From the NCBI GenBank assembly GCA_030158725.1, contig JAOASJ010000016.1:12616-76615 (forward strand): 64,000 nt of DNA, given 5' to 3'. The position numbers and the translations under genes are program-made. The notes beneath the pieces were generated by a model that was not told the DNA's origin, searched no databases, and saw nothing but the letters and a program-made list of their open reading frames with translations. Positions within the stretch are counted from its first letter, which is position 1, and every line of letters starts with the position of its first letter. This stretch comes from Bacteroidia bacterium (GTDB taxonomy: Bacteria; Bacteroidota; Bacteroidia; NS11-12g; UBA955). Positions 34,351 to 44,477 of the stretch are shown one piece after another.

Positions 34351-37197
34351 CTATTTACCAGTAATTTTTTCAATTAGGAATTTCCCAGTATAGCTATCCT
34401 TTTTATGGATAATATCTTCGGGCGTTCCTTCAAAGACAAGGCTTCCACCATTATCACCACCTTCTGGCCCTAAATCAATTAGCCAATCTGCACATTTAAT
34501 AACATCAACATTATGTTCTATAATAATGACTGTATGGCCTTTTTCTATTAATGCATTAAAACAGTACAACAATTTATGGATATCATGGAAGTGCAAACCT
34601 GTAGTTGGCTCATCAAAAATGAATACTGTATGACTCTCTTTAGTATTGCCCTTTCCTAAGAAAGTAGCTAGTTTTATTCTTTGTGCTTCTCCACCACTTA
34701 GCGTATTACTTGATTGCCCAAGGGCTACATAGCCTAAACCAACACTTTGCAATGGTGCGATCTTGGCAGAAATACTTGGTTTATCACTAAAGAACTCCAT
34801 AGATTCATCTACAGTCATTTCTAAAATATCTGCAATGTTTTTACCATTGTAGGTGACTTCAAGAATTTCTTCTTTGAATCTTTTGCCTTTACAAAATTCA
34901 CATGGCAAAATTAAATCTGCCATAAATTGCATTTCGATGGTTACTTCCCCTTCGCCTTTACATTGCTCACATCTGCCACCATCAACATTAAAAGAAAAAT
35001 GGGATGGCTTTAGTTTTTTAGCCTTTGCAGCTGGAAGTTCCGAATAAAGTTCTCTTATGCTATCGTAGGCTTTGATGTAGGTAATCGGATTGCTTCTACT
35101 TGATTTTCCAATAGGATTTTGATCAACCATTTCTACTTGTTTTACCAAGTTAATATCACCTATTATTTTCTCATGTCGACCAGTTCTAGTGCCTGTATAA
35201 TTGCCAATAGCTTTATTTAAACCAGGATAAAAAATGTTTTTAATTAAAGTGGTTTTTCCACTTCCACTCACACCAGTAATACAACTCATAACTTGTAGAG
35301 GTATTTTAACACTGATGTTTTTTAAATTATTTTCCCTAGCACCAACTATTTCTATGCTATTTTTCCAAGTTCTTCTTGTTTTAGGAGTTTCTATGCCTAA
35401 TCTTCCACTTAAATATTTACCAGTTAAACTTCTTTCACTCTTTAGAATTTGGTTGAATACTCCACTAAATATTAACTCTCCACCAAAAGTTCCAGCTTCA
35501 GGACCAATATCAATCAATCTATCCGCAGCCTTCATCATTTCTTCCTCGTGTTCAACAACTATAACTGTATTTCCTATTTTTTGTAAACTTTTTAAGACCT
35601 CAATAAGTTTTAAAGTGTCTCTTGGATGAAGACCAATACTAGGCTCATCCAAAATGTACATACTACCAGTTAAACTGCTGCCTAATGAGGTTGCTAAATT
35701 AATTCTTTGAGATTCTCCCCCACTTAGACTATTACTTAATCTATTTAAACCCAAATATCCTAAACCTACATCCTTTAAAAAATTCAATCTGTTTTGAATT
35801 TCAATAAATATACGACCACCAATATGCATGTCGTTTTCATTTAGTTTAACAGTGTTGAAATAATGACTAGCTTGATCAACTGACATCAATAAAACTTCTT
35901 GAATACTCAATAGTTTTGGAATAGTTTTATTGAAATTTTCAGCAATTAATTTTACATAGGAAGCATCTTTTCGCAATCTTGTTCCTCTGCAATCAGGACA
36001 GGTTGTTTTGCCTCTGTATCGGCTTAACATTACCCTGTATTGAATTTTGTAAGATTTTTCTTCTAATGATTTAAAAAAGACATTTAATCCGGGTATCTTT
36101 TTATTTCCTTGCCAAAGCAAATCTTTTTCCTTCTCATTTAAGTCATGGTAACTTCTATGAATTGGAAAATCAAATTCAATTGCCAATTTAACAAAATCGT
36201 CCTTCCATTCGCTCATGGTTTCACCTTTCCAAGGTTGAATACAGCCTTCGTAAACACTTAATGTTTTATCAGGGATAACCAAGTCCTCATCTATTCCAAT
36301 TACCTGACCATAGCCTTCACATGTTTTACAAGCACCTAATGGGTTGTTAAAACTTAGGAAATCTTTACTTGGAATTTCAAAACTAATTCCATCGGCCTCA
36401 AACTTATTTGAAAAATCATATAAAGTATCTTCTACCTTAATGAAGCATGTTCCCAATCCTTCCCAAAATGCACTCTCTACTGAATCGGCCGCTCTGTTTT
36501 GCAAATCTTCATCATCTTTTTGGATGATAAGTCTATCTATGACTAAATAGTTTTTTTTAGATTTTAAATCAGTTTTTGGGTCTAATTCTGCGATTTTTAA
36601 TATTCCATTATCAGTAAGAATTCTAACAAAACCTTGCTGAATATAAGTACTAATAGTTTCTTTTTCTTTACCCTTTTTGAAGTTAATTTCACTTAGAATT
36701 AAGATACTTTGACCTTCATCTAATGATTTAATAAAATTAACCACATCATCAGTGGTGTGCCTTTTAACTTCCTTTCCACTTATTGGTGATATAGTTCTTC
36801 CAATTCTAGAAAAGAGAAGTTTTAAATAATCATAAATCTCTGTGCTTGTTGAAACTGTGCTCCTAGGATTTCTTGTATTTACCTTTTGTTCAATAGCAAT
36901 TGCAGGTGCTAAACCTTCAATGAAATCAACTTCTGGTTTATTCATCCTACCAAGAAATTGTCGAGCATAACTGCTCAAACTTTCTACGTACCTTCTTTGG
37001 CCTTCAGCAAAAAGGGTATCAAAAACAAGGCTGCTTTTGCCACTTCCAGATACTCCAGTTACAACAGTAAAACTACCAGATGGAATTTCAACTTGTATGT
37101 TCTTTAAATTATGAACCCGAGCGCCTCGAATGATGATATTAGGATATTTAGCCACGTTTTTTGAGTAACATGCAAAGGTAGATTTTTGTTTTGACAA
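34351..37197 (-). CDS. uvrA: Excinuclease ABC subunit A
   Basis: 948 aa. It has two ABC ATPase modules (GVSGSGKSS and GVSGSGKTT), LSGGESQR/LSGGEAQR signatures and zinc-finger cysteines (CKTCEGYG, CPDCRGTR, CEQCKGEG). Confidence 0.95.
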   Translation of the reverse strand: MSKQKSTFACYSKNVAKYPNIIIRGARVHNLKNIQVEIPSGSFTVVTGVSGSGKSSLVFDTLFAEGQRRYVESLSSYARQFLGRMNKPEVDFIEGLAPAIAIEQKVNTRNPRSTVSTSTEIYDYLKLLFSRIGRTISPISGKEVKRHTTDDVVNFIKSLDEGQSILILSEINFKKGKEKETISTYIQQGFVRILTDNGILKIAELDPKTDLKSKKNYLVIDRLIIQKDDEDLQNRAADSVESAFWEGLGTCFIKVEDTLYDFSNKFEADGISFEIPSKDFLSFNNPLGACKTCEGYGQVIGIDEDLVIPDKTLSVYEGCIQPWKGETMSEWKDDFVKLAIEFDFPIHRSYHDLNEKEKDLLWQGNKKIPGLNVFFKSLEEKSYKIQYRVMLSRYRGKTTCPDCRGTRLRKDASYVKLIAENFNKTIPKLLSIQEVLLMSVDQASHYFNTVKLNENDMHIGGRIFIEIQNRLNFLKDVGLGYLGLNRLSNSLSGGESQRINLATSLGSSLTGSMYILDEPSIGLHPRDTLKLIEVLKSLQKIGNTVIVVEHEEEMMKAADRLIDIGPEAGTFGGELIFSGVFNQILKSERSLTGKYLSGRLGIETPKTRRTWKNSIEIVGARENNLKNISVKIPLQVMSCITGVSGSGKTTLIKNIFYPGLNKAIGNYTGTRTGRHEKIIGDINLVKQVEMVDQNPIGKSSRSNPITYIKAYDSIRELYSELPAAKAKKLKPSHFSFNVDGGRCEQCKGEGEVTIEMQFMADLILPCEFCKGKRFKEEILEVTYNGKNIADILEMTVDESMEFFSDKPSISAKIAPLQSVGLGYVALGQSSNTLSGGEAQRIKLATFLGKGNTKESHTVFIFDEPTTGLHFHDIHKLLYCFNALIEKGHTVIIIEHNVDVIKCADWLIDLGPEGGDNGGSLVFEGTPEDIIHKKDSYTGKFLIEKITGK

Positions 37198-37271
37198 TGG
37201 AAATTAAACCTATCTTTTTATTTGAGTTATTATAGTCTTCAATATTTTAGACAGTTTTACGTTCATTTAAT

Positions 37272-38066
37272 ATGAAAATTTTAATTGTAATCTTCCTTTT
37301 TATCTGTTGCAATAATATTGAACAGTCAAGTAAAATTGACATGTTTGTTAACGAAACTTCATCAAGTTCATCTAAAATTGACACTTTAAAAATGTCAATT
37401 TTAGAAAGATATTTGACTCCTGATTCTTTTCGTCGAGAACCATCAGATTCAATCTCCTTCGCATATTATTTGTCTCATTTACCATTGAAAAAATATGGTG
37501 AAACTGTAAAGTATTATGATGGCAGCACAAAAATCAATTATGACGTTTATTCTTCTGTTATAGATATGAAGATTTCGAATAAAGATTTACAACAATGTGC
37601 AGATGCAGTTATGAGACTTAGAGCCGAATATCTATACAAGCAAAAGAAGTATAGTCAAATTACTTTCCTATTTAATGGGGATAAGCAATATCATTCTTAC
37701 CTTGATTACTCCAAAAATGACCGCTCTTACAATAAGTTTTTAAATTACATGGATTACATATTTTCATACGCTAATACTGGGTCACTTCATAATCAATTAA
37801 AAGCTATTGAAATTTCAAAAATGCAAATAGGTGATGTATTTGTTAAAAAAGGAAATCCATATGGACATGCAGTCATAGTAATAGACATGTGTTATGATCA
37901 AAAGGGAAATAAATGTTTTATGTTGGCTCAAAGCTACATGCCTGCTCAGGAAACTCAAGTTTTATTAAATCCAAGAAACAAAACCGTTTGGTATGATTTA
38001 CCTTTAAATGGAGAGATAAAAACGCCTGAATGGACATTTTCTGCTAGCGATTTAAGAAGATGGTAA
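37272..38066 (+). CDS. DUF4846-like lipoprotein
   Basis: It has a signal peptide with Cys (LFICCNN). GDVFVKKGNPYGHAVIVIDM is a string I associate with DUF4846. The family assignment is from memory only. Confidence 0.5.
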   Translation: MKILIVIFLFICCNNIEQSSKIDMFVNETSSSSSKIDTLKMSILERYLTPDSFRREPSDSISFAYYLSHLPLKKYGETVKYYDGSTKINYDVYSSVIDMKISNKDLQQCADAVMRLRAEYLYKQKKYSQITFLFNGDKQYHSYLDYSKNDRSYNKFLNYMDYIFSYANTGSLHNQLKAIEISKMQIGDVFVKKGNPYGHAVIVIDMCYDQKGNKCFMLAQSYMPAQETQVLLNPRNKTVWYDLPLNGEIKTPEWTFSASDLRRW

Positions 38067-38095
38067 TAGGATTGTTAAAATTGAATAAACTATTA

Positions 38096-38103
38096 TATCT
38101 TTG
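38096..38103 (+). promoter_or_regulatory. Candidate -7 promoter element TATCTTTG driving the riboswitch-metH transcript
   Basis: It matches TAnnTTTG and ends 7 nt before the first base of the riboswitch P1 stem. Confidence 0.5.
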
Positions 38104-38110
38104 CCATGCA

Positions 38111-38218
38111 ATTATCAAGAAAAGACGGAGGGAATTGGTCCTGTGAAGTCTTGGCAACCCAATTCGAAATTTCGAATTAAAGGTGCTACATCCTGCCTCT
38201 TTTTAGAGGAAAGATAAT
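38111..38218 (+). promoter_or_regulatory. SAM-I (S-box) riboswitch aptamer
   Basis: P1 pairs ATTATC with GATAAT. The core strings are AAGAAAAGACGGAGGGAATTGGTCC, GTCTTGGCAACC, the P3 hairpin AATTCGAAATTTCGAATT, GGTGCTACATCCTGC, the P4 hairpin CCTCTTTTTAGAGG and AAAGATAAT. All appear in consensus order, 60 nt upstream of metH. Confidence 0.85.
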
Positions 38219-38277
38219 AGCGGATCTTGTCGTATAACGATTTTTAATCCTGCTCTCTTGTACTTGCATTTATTAAA

Positions 38278-40983
38278 ATGAGCAGAACGATATACCCTTA
38301 TTTGAGATTAAGTGGACTTGAACCACTAACCCAAACTAAAGAAACTAATTTTATTAATATTGGTGAAAGAACCAATGTTACTGGCAGCAGGAAATTTGCA
38401 AAATTAATTCTTGAAGATAAGTTTGATGAAGCACTATCTGTTGCTAGACAGCAAGTTGAAAATGGTGCACAGGTAATTGACATCAACATGGATGAAGGGA
38501 TGTTGGATGGTAAAGCGGCAATGGTAAGATTTTTAAATCTAATTGCAGCAGAACCGGATATTTCAAGAGTTCCTGTAATGATTGACTCATCAAAATGGGA
38601 AATCATTGAAGCTGGCTTACAATGTATTCAAGGTAAAGGCATAGTAAATTCTATTAGTTTAAAGGGAGGAGAAGAAGAATTCATTCGTCAAGCCAAACTT
38701 TTAAAACGTTATGGAGCCGCAACTGTTGTTATGGCTTTTGATGAACTTGGTCAAGCAGATTCATACCAAAGAAGAATTGAAATCTGTAAAAGAGCTTATG
38801 ATATTTTAGTTGAAAAAGTTAAGTTTCCTGCTCAAGACATCATTTTCGATCCAAATATATTAACGGTTGCAACCGGTATCGAGGAGCACAATAATTATGC
38901 AGTAGACTTCATCAAAGCCACTGAATGGATTAAGAATAATTTACCATTTGCCAAAGTTAGTGGTGGAGTTAGTAATATTTCTTTCTCATTTAGAGGAAAT
39001 GATGCTGTGCGCGAAGCTATGCATTCTGCTTTTTTGTACCATGCAATTAAAGCTGGTATGGACATGGGAATTGTAAATGCCGGTATGTTGATGGTGTACG
39101 ATGAAATTCCTAAAGATTTGCTTGATAGGGTTGAAGATGTTTTATTAAATAGAAGAAGCGATGCCACAGATAGGTTGCTTGAATTTGCAGAAACTGTAAA
39201 GGCAAAAGGGAAAGAAAAGGTAGTTGATGATGCATGGAGAAAAACAGGAGTTGAAGAGAGATTAAAGCATGCCCTTATACATGGAATAACTGATTTTATA
39301 GATGTAGATACAGAGGAGGCAAGACATTTATTTGAAAGACCTCTTCATGTTATAGAAGGTCCTTTAATGGCTGGAATGAATGTAGTTGGAGATTTGTTTG
39401 GTAGTGGTAAAATGTTCTTGCCTCAAGTAGTTAAAAGTGCCCGTGTAATGAAGAAGGCCGTTGCTTATCTTGAACCATTTCTACAAGCAGAAAAAGATAA
39501 AAATATTTTGAATGGCACCAATTTAGTAGAGGCAAATAAAGGTCCTGGTAAGGTTTTGTTGGCAACTGTTAAAGGAGACGTTCATGATATTGGAAAAAAT
39601 ATAGTTGGTGTTGTTTTGGCTTGTAACAATTATGAAATTTATGACATGGGAGTCATGGTTTCTTGTGAAAAGATTTTAGAAAAGGCAAAAGAAATAAATG
39701 CAGATGTAATTGGATTAAGCGGTCTAATAACTCCAAGTTTAGATGAAATGGTCTATGTTGCTCAGCAGATGGAAAAGCAAGGCTTTAATCTTCCTTTGTT
39801 AATTGGGGGAGCTACAACAAGTAGAATCCATGCTGCTGTAAAAGTAGCTCCACAATATAGCGGAGCAACTGTGCATGTTTTGGATGCTTCTAAATCTGTT
39901 CCAGTTGTTTCTCAATTGTTAAATCCAGAAACCAAAGAAGTATATGCTCAGAATATCAAAAATGAGTATTTAAAATTGGCAGAAGACCATGCAAAAAGGC
40001 AATCTGCAAAAGATATTATACCATATAACGAAGCCAAGTCAAATTCATTCCAAATAGAATACAATTCTGAAATTATACCTAAGCCTAAAAAATTAGGAAT
40101 TCATTATATTATTGGTCAAGACTTAAATGAACTTAGACCATTAATTGATTGGACACCATTTTTTCAAACTTGGGAATTGGCAGGTAAATATCCAGCTATT
40201 TTAACAGATTCAGTTGTTGGATCAGAAGCAACAAAATTGTTTAAGGATGCCAATGAAATGCTTGATAAAATCATTAGTGAATCTTGGTTAAAAGCAAATG
40301 CATCTTACGCAATTTTGCCAGCAAATTCTGATGGTGATGATGTACATGTTTTGGATACTGAAGGTAAACATTTAGAAACATTTCATTTTTTGAGACAGCA
40401 AAGAAAAATGACCAATGGCGTTCCCAATCTTTGTTTATCTGATTTTATTGCACCTAAAAATAATGAAACTCAAGATTACATGGGCTTCTTTACGGTGACT
40501 GCTGGTATTGGTATTGAAGAACATATTAAGAAATTTGAAGATAATCATGATGATTATAACAGTATTCTAATTAAAGCACTGGCAGATAGATTGGCTGAAG
40601 CATTTGCTGAGAAATTACATCAATTGGTAAGAACTGATTTTTGGGGATATTCTGAAAATGAGAATTTGACTAATGAAGATTTAATTATTGAGAAGTACAG
40701 AGGGATTAGACCTGCACCAGGATATCCTGCTTGTCCTGACCATACCGAAAAAGGACCTTTATTTGAGCTTTTAAACAATGAAGCTGCAATCGGCGTTAAC
40801 TTAACTGAGTCTTTTGCAATGTATCCAACTGCTGCCGTTTCAGGTTTTTATTTTGCCCACCCAAGTACCCGATACTTCGGTTTAGGAAAAATTAATAAAG
40901 ATCAAGTTGAAGATTATGCCCTTAGAAAAGGCATTACAATTGAAGAAGCTGAAAGGTGGTTAAGGCCTGTTTTAGCTTATTAA
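38278..40983 (+). CDS. metH: Cobalamin-dependent methionine synthase lacking the homocysteine-binding domain (pterin, B12 and AdoMet-activation domains only)
   Basis: 901 aa. It starts at LSGLEPL...[18 protein letters not shown], the junction into the pterin domain. It has the B12 motif [11 protein letters not shown] and the activation-domain string [12 protein letters not shown]. Confidence 0.9.
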   Translation: MSRTIYPYLRLSGLEPLTQTKETNFINIGERTNVTGSRKFAKLILEDKFDEALSVARQQVENGAQVIDINMDEGMLDGKAAMVRFLNLIAAEPDISRVPVMIDSSKWEIIEAGLQCIQGKGIVNSISLKGGEEEFIRQAKLLKRYGAATVVMAFDELGQADSYQRRIEICKRAYDILVEKVKFPAQDIIFDPNILTVATGIEEHNNYAVDFIKATEWIKNNLPFAKVSGGVSNISFSFRGNDAVREAMHSAFLYHAIKAGMDMGIVNAGMLMVYDEIPKDLLDRVEDVLLNRRSDATDRLLEFAETVKAKGKEKVVDDAWRKTGVEERLKHALIHGITDFIDVDTEEARHLFERPLHVIEGPLMAGMNVVGDLFGSGKMFLPQVVKSARVMKKAVAYLEPFLQAEKDKNILNGTNLVEANKGPGKVLLATVKGDVHDIGKNIVGVVLACNNYEIYDMGVMVSCEKILEKAKEINADVIGLSGLITPSLDEMVYVAQQMEKQGFNLPLLIGGATTSRIHAAVKVAPQYSGATVHVLDASKSVPVVSQLLNPETKEVYAQNIKNEYLKLAEDHAKRQSAKDIIPYNEAKSNSFQIEYNSEIIPKPKKLGIHYIIGQDLNELRPLIDWTPFFQTWELAGKYPAILTDSVVGSEATKLFKDANEMLDKIISESWLKANASYAILPANSDGDDVHVLDTEGKHLETFHFLRQQRKMTNGVPNLCLSDFIAPKNNETQDYMGFFTVTAGIGIEEHIKKFEDNHDDYNSILIKALADRLAEAFAEKLHQLVRTDFWGYSENENLTNEDLIIEKYRGIRPAPGYPACPDHTEKGPLFELLNNEAAIGVNLTESFAMYPTAAVSGFYFAHPSTRYFGLGKINKDQVEDYALRKGITIEEAERWLRPVLAY

Positions 40984-40985
40984 AA

Positions 40986-41774
40986 CTACTTTTTTGCTTG
41001 TGCAGTTTTGTATTTTTTTACTGCATAATATATTGCTTTGGCCATGCTTGTTTGCCCGCTGTCATTGGCTAAAGTTTTGCGATCAAATTCACTACTTAAA
41101 AAGCCTGTTTCAATTAGTACACCAGGCATTGTTGAGCGCCAAAGAACTAAAAATCCTGCTTCTTTAACACCTCTACTTTTCAGTCTACTTTTTTGCTTGA
41201 ACTCAGTTTCTACTAAACTAGCAAATTTTATACTTTGAGCCCTAAATGCATTCTGCATTAAAGAGAAAATAATATGACCGGCCGGAGAATTTGGGTCAAA
41301 ACCTTCGTATGCTTTATTGTTTTTATAATCTTTTTCAAGTAAGATTACATTATTCTCTCTTTTAGATACTTGCAAATTACCTTCTAGCTTGTGAGGACCC
41401 ATGAGATATGTTTCAGTTCCATTGGCTTCTTTATTGTCATTGGCATTGCAATGTATACTAATAAATAGGTCGGCACTGTTTTTGTTAGCGATATTACTGC
41501 GTTCGCTTAATTCAATGAATTTATCACTTTTACGGGTATATACTACTTTGACATCTTTTAAGCTGTCTTCAATAAATTTGCCCAATTTTAATGCAATTGA
41601 TAAGGTGACTTCTTTCTCCCTGCTTGAGCCTCCATTGCAACCAGGATCATGCCCTCCGTGTCCTGCGTCAATGACTATAATATCAAAAGCATTTATTTTT
41701 TCTTCTTCGTGGTTGAAGGAAGAGAAGACTAAAACAATTAGGCCTAATGAAAGTAATAAGATTCTTCGGTTCAT
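40986..41774 (-). CDS. N-acetylmuramoyl-L-alanine amidase (Amidase_3)
   Basis: I chose the start at 41774 (MNRRILLLSLGLIVLVFS signal peptide). It shows VIDAGHGGHDPG, ISIHCNA and GVLIETGFLS. Confidence 0.8.
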   Translation of the reverse strand: MNRRILLLSLGLIVLVFSSFNHEEEKINAFDIIVIDAGHGGHDPGCNGGSSREKEVTLSIALKLGKFIEDSLKDVKVVYTRKSDKFIELSERSNIANKNSADLFISIHCNANDNKEANGTETYLMGPHKLEGNLQVSKRENNVILLEKDYKNNKAYEGFDPNSPAGHIIFSLMQNAFRAQSIKFASLVETEFKQKSRLKSRGVKEAGFLVLWRSTMPGVLIETGFLSSEFDRKTLANDSGQTSMAKAIYYAVKKYKTAQAKK

Positions 41775-41787
41775 CGTTTTATTTTTT

Positions 41788-44475
41788 ATGCTTGACTTTT
41801 TTAAATTAGTTTTGTGCAAAATTCGCATTTTAAATTTGTTTAATCTATTATCTTCAACTAAATATCTCCGTCAATTCCTGTGGATAATACAAATAGCGTG
41901 CTGCATTTTGTACACAAATAATTTGAGTGCAAAGAACGATAGTGATACAAGCAAATCAAATTCTCTTGATACATTTAGAATCTCAAAAGATGCTTTAGAC
42001 GCCATAATTGAATACCATGCTGATGATTCAACTATGTTTGATTTGGCTAAAAGAAAAGCTTATTTATGGGGAAATGCCAGAGTTAAATATGAAGGCATGG
42101 ACTTGAAAGCGTATCTTATTGTTGTTGATTTTGGCAAACGAGAGTTATATGCAAAAGGAAGAATAAATGATAGTACCGGTAAGTATGTTGGTCGCCCTTT
42201 ATTTAATGATGGTGAGCGAGAAACAGAAGCTGATACAATGATTTATAATTTCGATACCAAAAGAGGGCGAACTTATGGTATTGCAATGAAGGAAGGCGAT
42301 GGTTTCATTTTGTGCAACAAGGTTTTCAGAGATAATGACAATAGCATTTACAGTGATTTAGGAAAATACACTACCTGTAACAACAAAACACATCCGCACT
42401 TTTATTTACAATCACGAAATCTAAAAATCATACCGGATAAAAAAATAATTTTTGGCCCTTCAAATTTAGTTATTGAAGAAATACCAACCCCATTGTATCT
42501 GCCTTTTGGAATGTTTCCAACCAAGAAAGGTGAAAAATCTGGATTGATTCCTTTTGAATATGGAAGTAGTGGACTTTATGGACCATATTTAAGAAATTTA
42601 GGCTATCATTTTGCCATTAATGATTATTTAGACCAAAGTATTACAGGTGATATTTATTTTAGAGGCAGTTGGCGTATTGCTACAAATACTAGGTATGTGA
42701 AGCGTTATAAATACAATGGAAATTTTAATTTAGAGTTTTCAAAATATTTAAATGGAGAAAGGGAAGATTTAAATTTCAAACAAAACACAACAAGAACCTT
42801 TCGTTTGGCTTGGAGACATAATCAAGATCCTAAAGCTAAACCAGGATCTTCATTTTCTTCTAATGTTGATATTCAAAAAAACAACGCATCTAGATTAAAC
42901 TCCTTAAATGCTTCCACTATTGTAACCAATGAATTCGGATCATCCGTTTCATATTCAAAAACACTAGTTCCAAATAAGCTTGATTTACGACTAAGTGCTT
43001 TACATAGACAGAATACAAGTACACATTCGTTTTCAATGACTTTGCCTAACTTAACCCTTAGTATGCAGAGAATAACACCATTTTCTAAACCTGATGTAAG
43101 CGGAAGATATAAATGGTATAAAGATTTCGGGGTAAGTTATATTGTAGAAATGGAGAATAGAATAGACACAAAAGATAGTGTGTTCTTTTCTGGTAAACCT
43201 TTAGAATCCATTATTCCTGGATTTTCAATTAATTCCCCAATTACATTAAAACCTAGCGATGGATTTAGGCAAGGTGTTATTCATTCAATCCCTATTACAC
43301 TTGGCTCTTATAAATTTCTAAAACAACATTTTTCATTGACTCCAACTGTTTCTTACAGAGAGTTTTGGTATTTTAGAACCATTGAAAAACAATGGAACAG
43401 TTCCTTAGAAAAATTAGATACTATTTATCATGATGATTTTAGCCGCGCTTCAGACTATAGTGCCAATGTTGCTATAGCCACACAGATATTTGGAACAATG
43501 CAATTTGCTTCTGGTAAAGTTAGTGCAATTCGCCACAACATAACCCCTCAATTAAGCTTTAGTTATAGACCAGATTATGCAAGTGAAAAATTTGGATATT
43601 ATAAAACAGTGCAATCAGATACAGGGAAGGGTAAAACTACATATAGTATTTATGAACAAGGTATTAAAGGATCGCCTCAGCCTGGTGCAAGTGGTTTGTT
43701 AAACTTCTTAATTATAAATAAGCTTCAAGCGAAAGTTTTTAAGAAAACGGATTCTACTGCAAAGTATGAGAACGTTACTTGGATAGAGAATTTTAATGTA
43801 AGCGGGAATTATAATTTCTTAGCAGACACACAACAACTATCAAAAATCAATATCACTGGATTTACTAGAATATTTAAGCAGGTTAGTTTGAATGCTAATG
43901 CAGTTCTTAATCCTTATGCTAAAAGATCATTAAGTGACGGTAGAGAGTTTTATTTAAACACATTAGAATGGTCAAATAGTAGGCGTATAGGAACATGGAC
44001 GAATGCTACAATTCAATTGGCATCAGGTATTAATGCAGATATGTTTAGAAAGAAGAAGTCTAATGATACCAGTGGCTTAATTAAGACTGAAAAAGACAGG
44101 CAGGAATACGCTGAAATGATGGGAAATCCATATGGATATGTCAACTTTGATTTGCCTTGGAGTATTAATGTCAATTATTCATTGATCTACAATAGAAGCA
44201 ATTTTAAATCTTTATATACCCAAACTTTTAATTTAAAAGGCGATTTTAATCTAACGCCTAAATGGAAAATTGGGTGCAGCTCTGGTTATGATTTTGGACA
44301 AAAGAAGATTGCCTACACTCAATTTGATATTAGCAGACTATTGCATTGTTGGGCACTTAATTTCTCTTGGATTCCAGATGGTATTAGAAAGAGTTTTACT
44401 TTCTCATTAAAAGTTAATAGTGGGATGTTACAAAGCTTGAAAGTAGATAAAAAGCGCAATTGGTTTGACCAATAA
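41788..44475 (+). CDS. Putative LPS-assembly protein LptD-like large outer-membrane protein
   Basis: The N-terminal region reads ISKDALDAIIEYHADDSTMFDLAKRKAYLWGNARVKYEGMDLKA. It is a long beta-rich protein divergent from the amidase gene, as is typical in Bacteroidota. The start is uncertain: ATG 41788 is the first ATG clear of the amidase gene, and TTG 41836 is possible. Confidence 0.6.
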   Translation: MLDFFKLVLCKIRILNLFNLLSSTKYLRQFLWIIQIACCILYTNNLSAKNDSDTSKSNSLDTFRISKDALDAIIEYHADDSTMFDLAKRKAYLWGNARVKYEGMDLKAYLIVVDFGKRELYAKGRINDSTGKYVGRPLFNDGERETEADTMIYNFDTKRGRTYGIAMKEGDGFILCNKVFRDNDNSIYSDLGKYTTCNNKTHPHFYLQSRNLKIIPDKKIIFGPSNLVIEEIPTPLYLPFGMFPTKKGEKSGLIPFEYGSSGLYGPYLRNLGYHFAINDYLDQSITGDIYFRGSWRIATNTRYVKRYKYNGNFNLEFSKYLNGEREDLNFKQNTTRTFRLAWRHNQDPKAKPGSSFSSNVDIQKNNASRLNSLNASTIVTNEFGSSVSYSKTLVPNKLDLRLSALHRQNTSTHSFSMTLPNLTLSMQRITPFSKPDVSGRYKWYKDFGVSYIVEMENRIDTKDSVFFSGKPLESIIPGFSINSPITLKPSDGFRQGVIHSIPITLGSYKFLKQHFSLTPTVSYREFWYFRTIEKQWNSSLEKLDTIYHDDFSRASDYSANVAIATQIFGTMQFASGKVSAIRHNITPQLSFSYRPDYASEKFGYYKTVQSDTGKGKTTYSIYEQGIKGSPQPGASGLLNFLIINKLQAKVFKKTDSTAKYENVTWIENFNVSGNYNFLADTQQLSKINITGFTRIFKQVSLNANAVLNPYAKRSLSDGREFYLNTLEWSNSRRIGTWTNATIQLASGINADMFRKKKSNDTSGLIKTEKDRQEYAEMMGNPYGYVNFDLPWSINVNYSLIYNRSNFKSLYTQTFNLKGDFNLTPKWKIGCSSGYDFGQKKIAYTQFDISRLLHCWALNFSWIPDGIRKSFTFSLKVNSGMLQSLKVDKKRNWFDQ

Positions 44476-44477
44476 TT

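Noticed and set aside
34340-37271. The locus boundary at uvrA as an integration site of a genomic island
   Set aside because: There is no tRNA, integrase, direct repeat or obvious compositional step. The glycan locus ends 11 nt from the uvrA stop.
38067-38277. A cobalamin riboswitch upstream of the B12-dependent metH
   Set aside because: I found no B12-box-like GCCACTG core. The conserved strings present (GGAGGGA, GGCAACC, GGTGCTACATCCTGC, and P1 ATTATC/GATAAT) are those of SAM-I.
41401-41787. The long N-terminal extension of the LptD-like ORF given in the ORF track (1024 aa)
   Set aside because: The first 129 codons lie antisense to the well-supported amidase gene and translate to low-complexity Leu/Ser-rich sequence. 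The recognisable protein begins after 41788.
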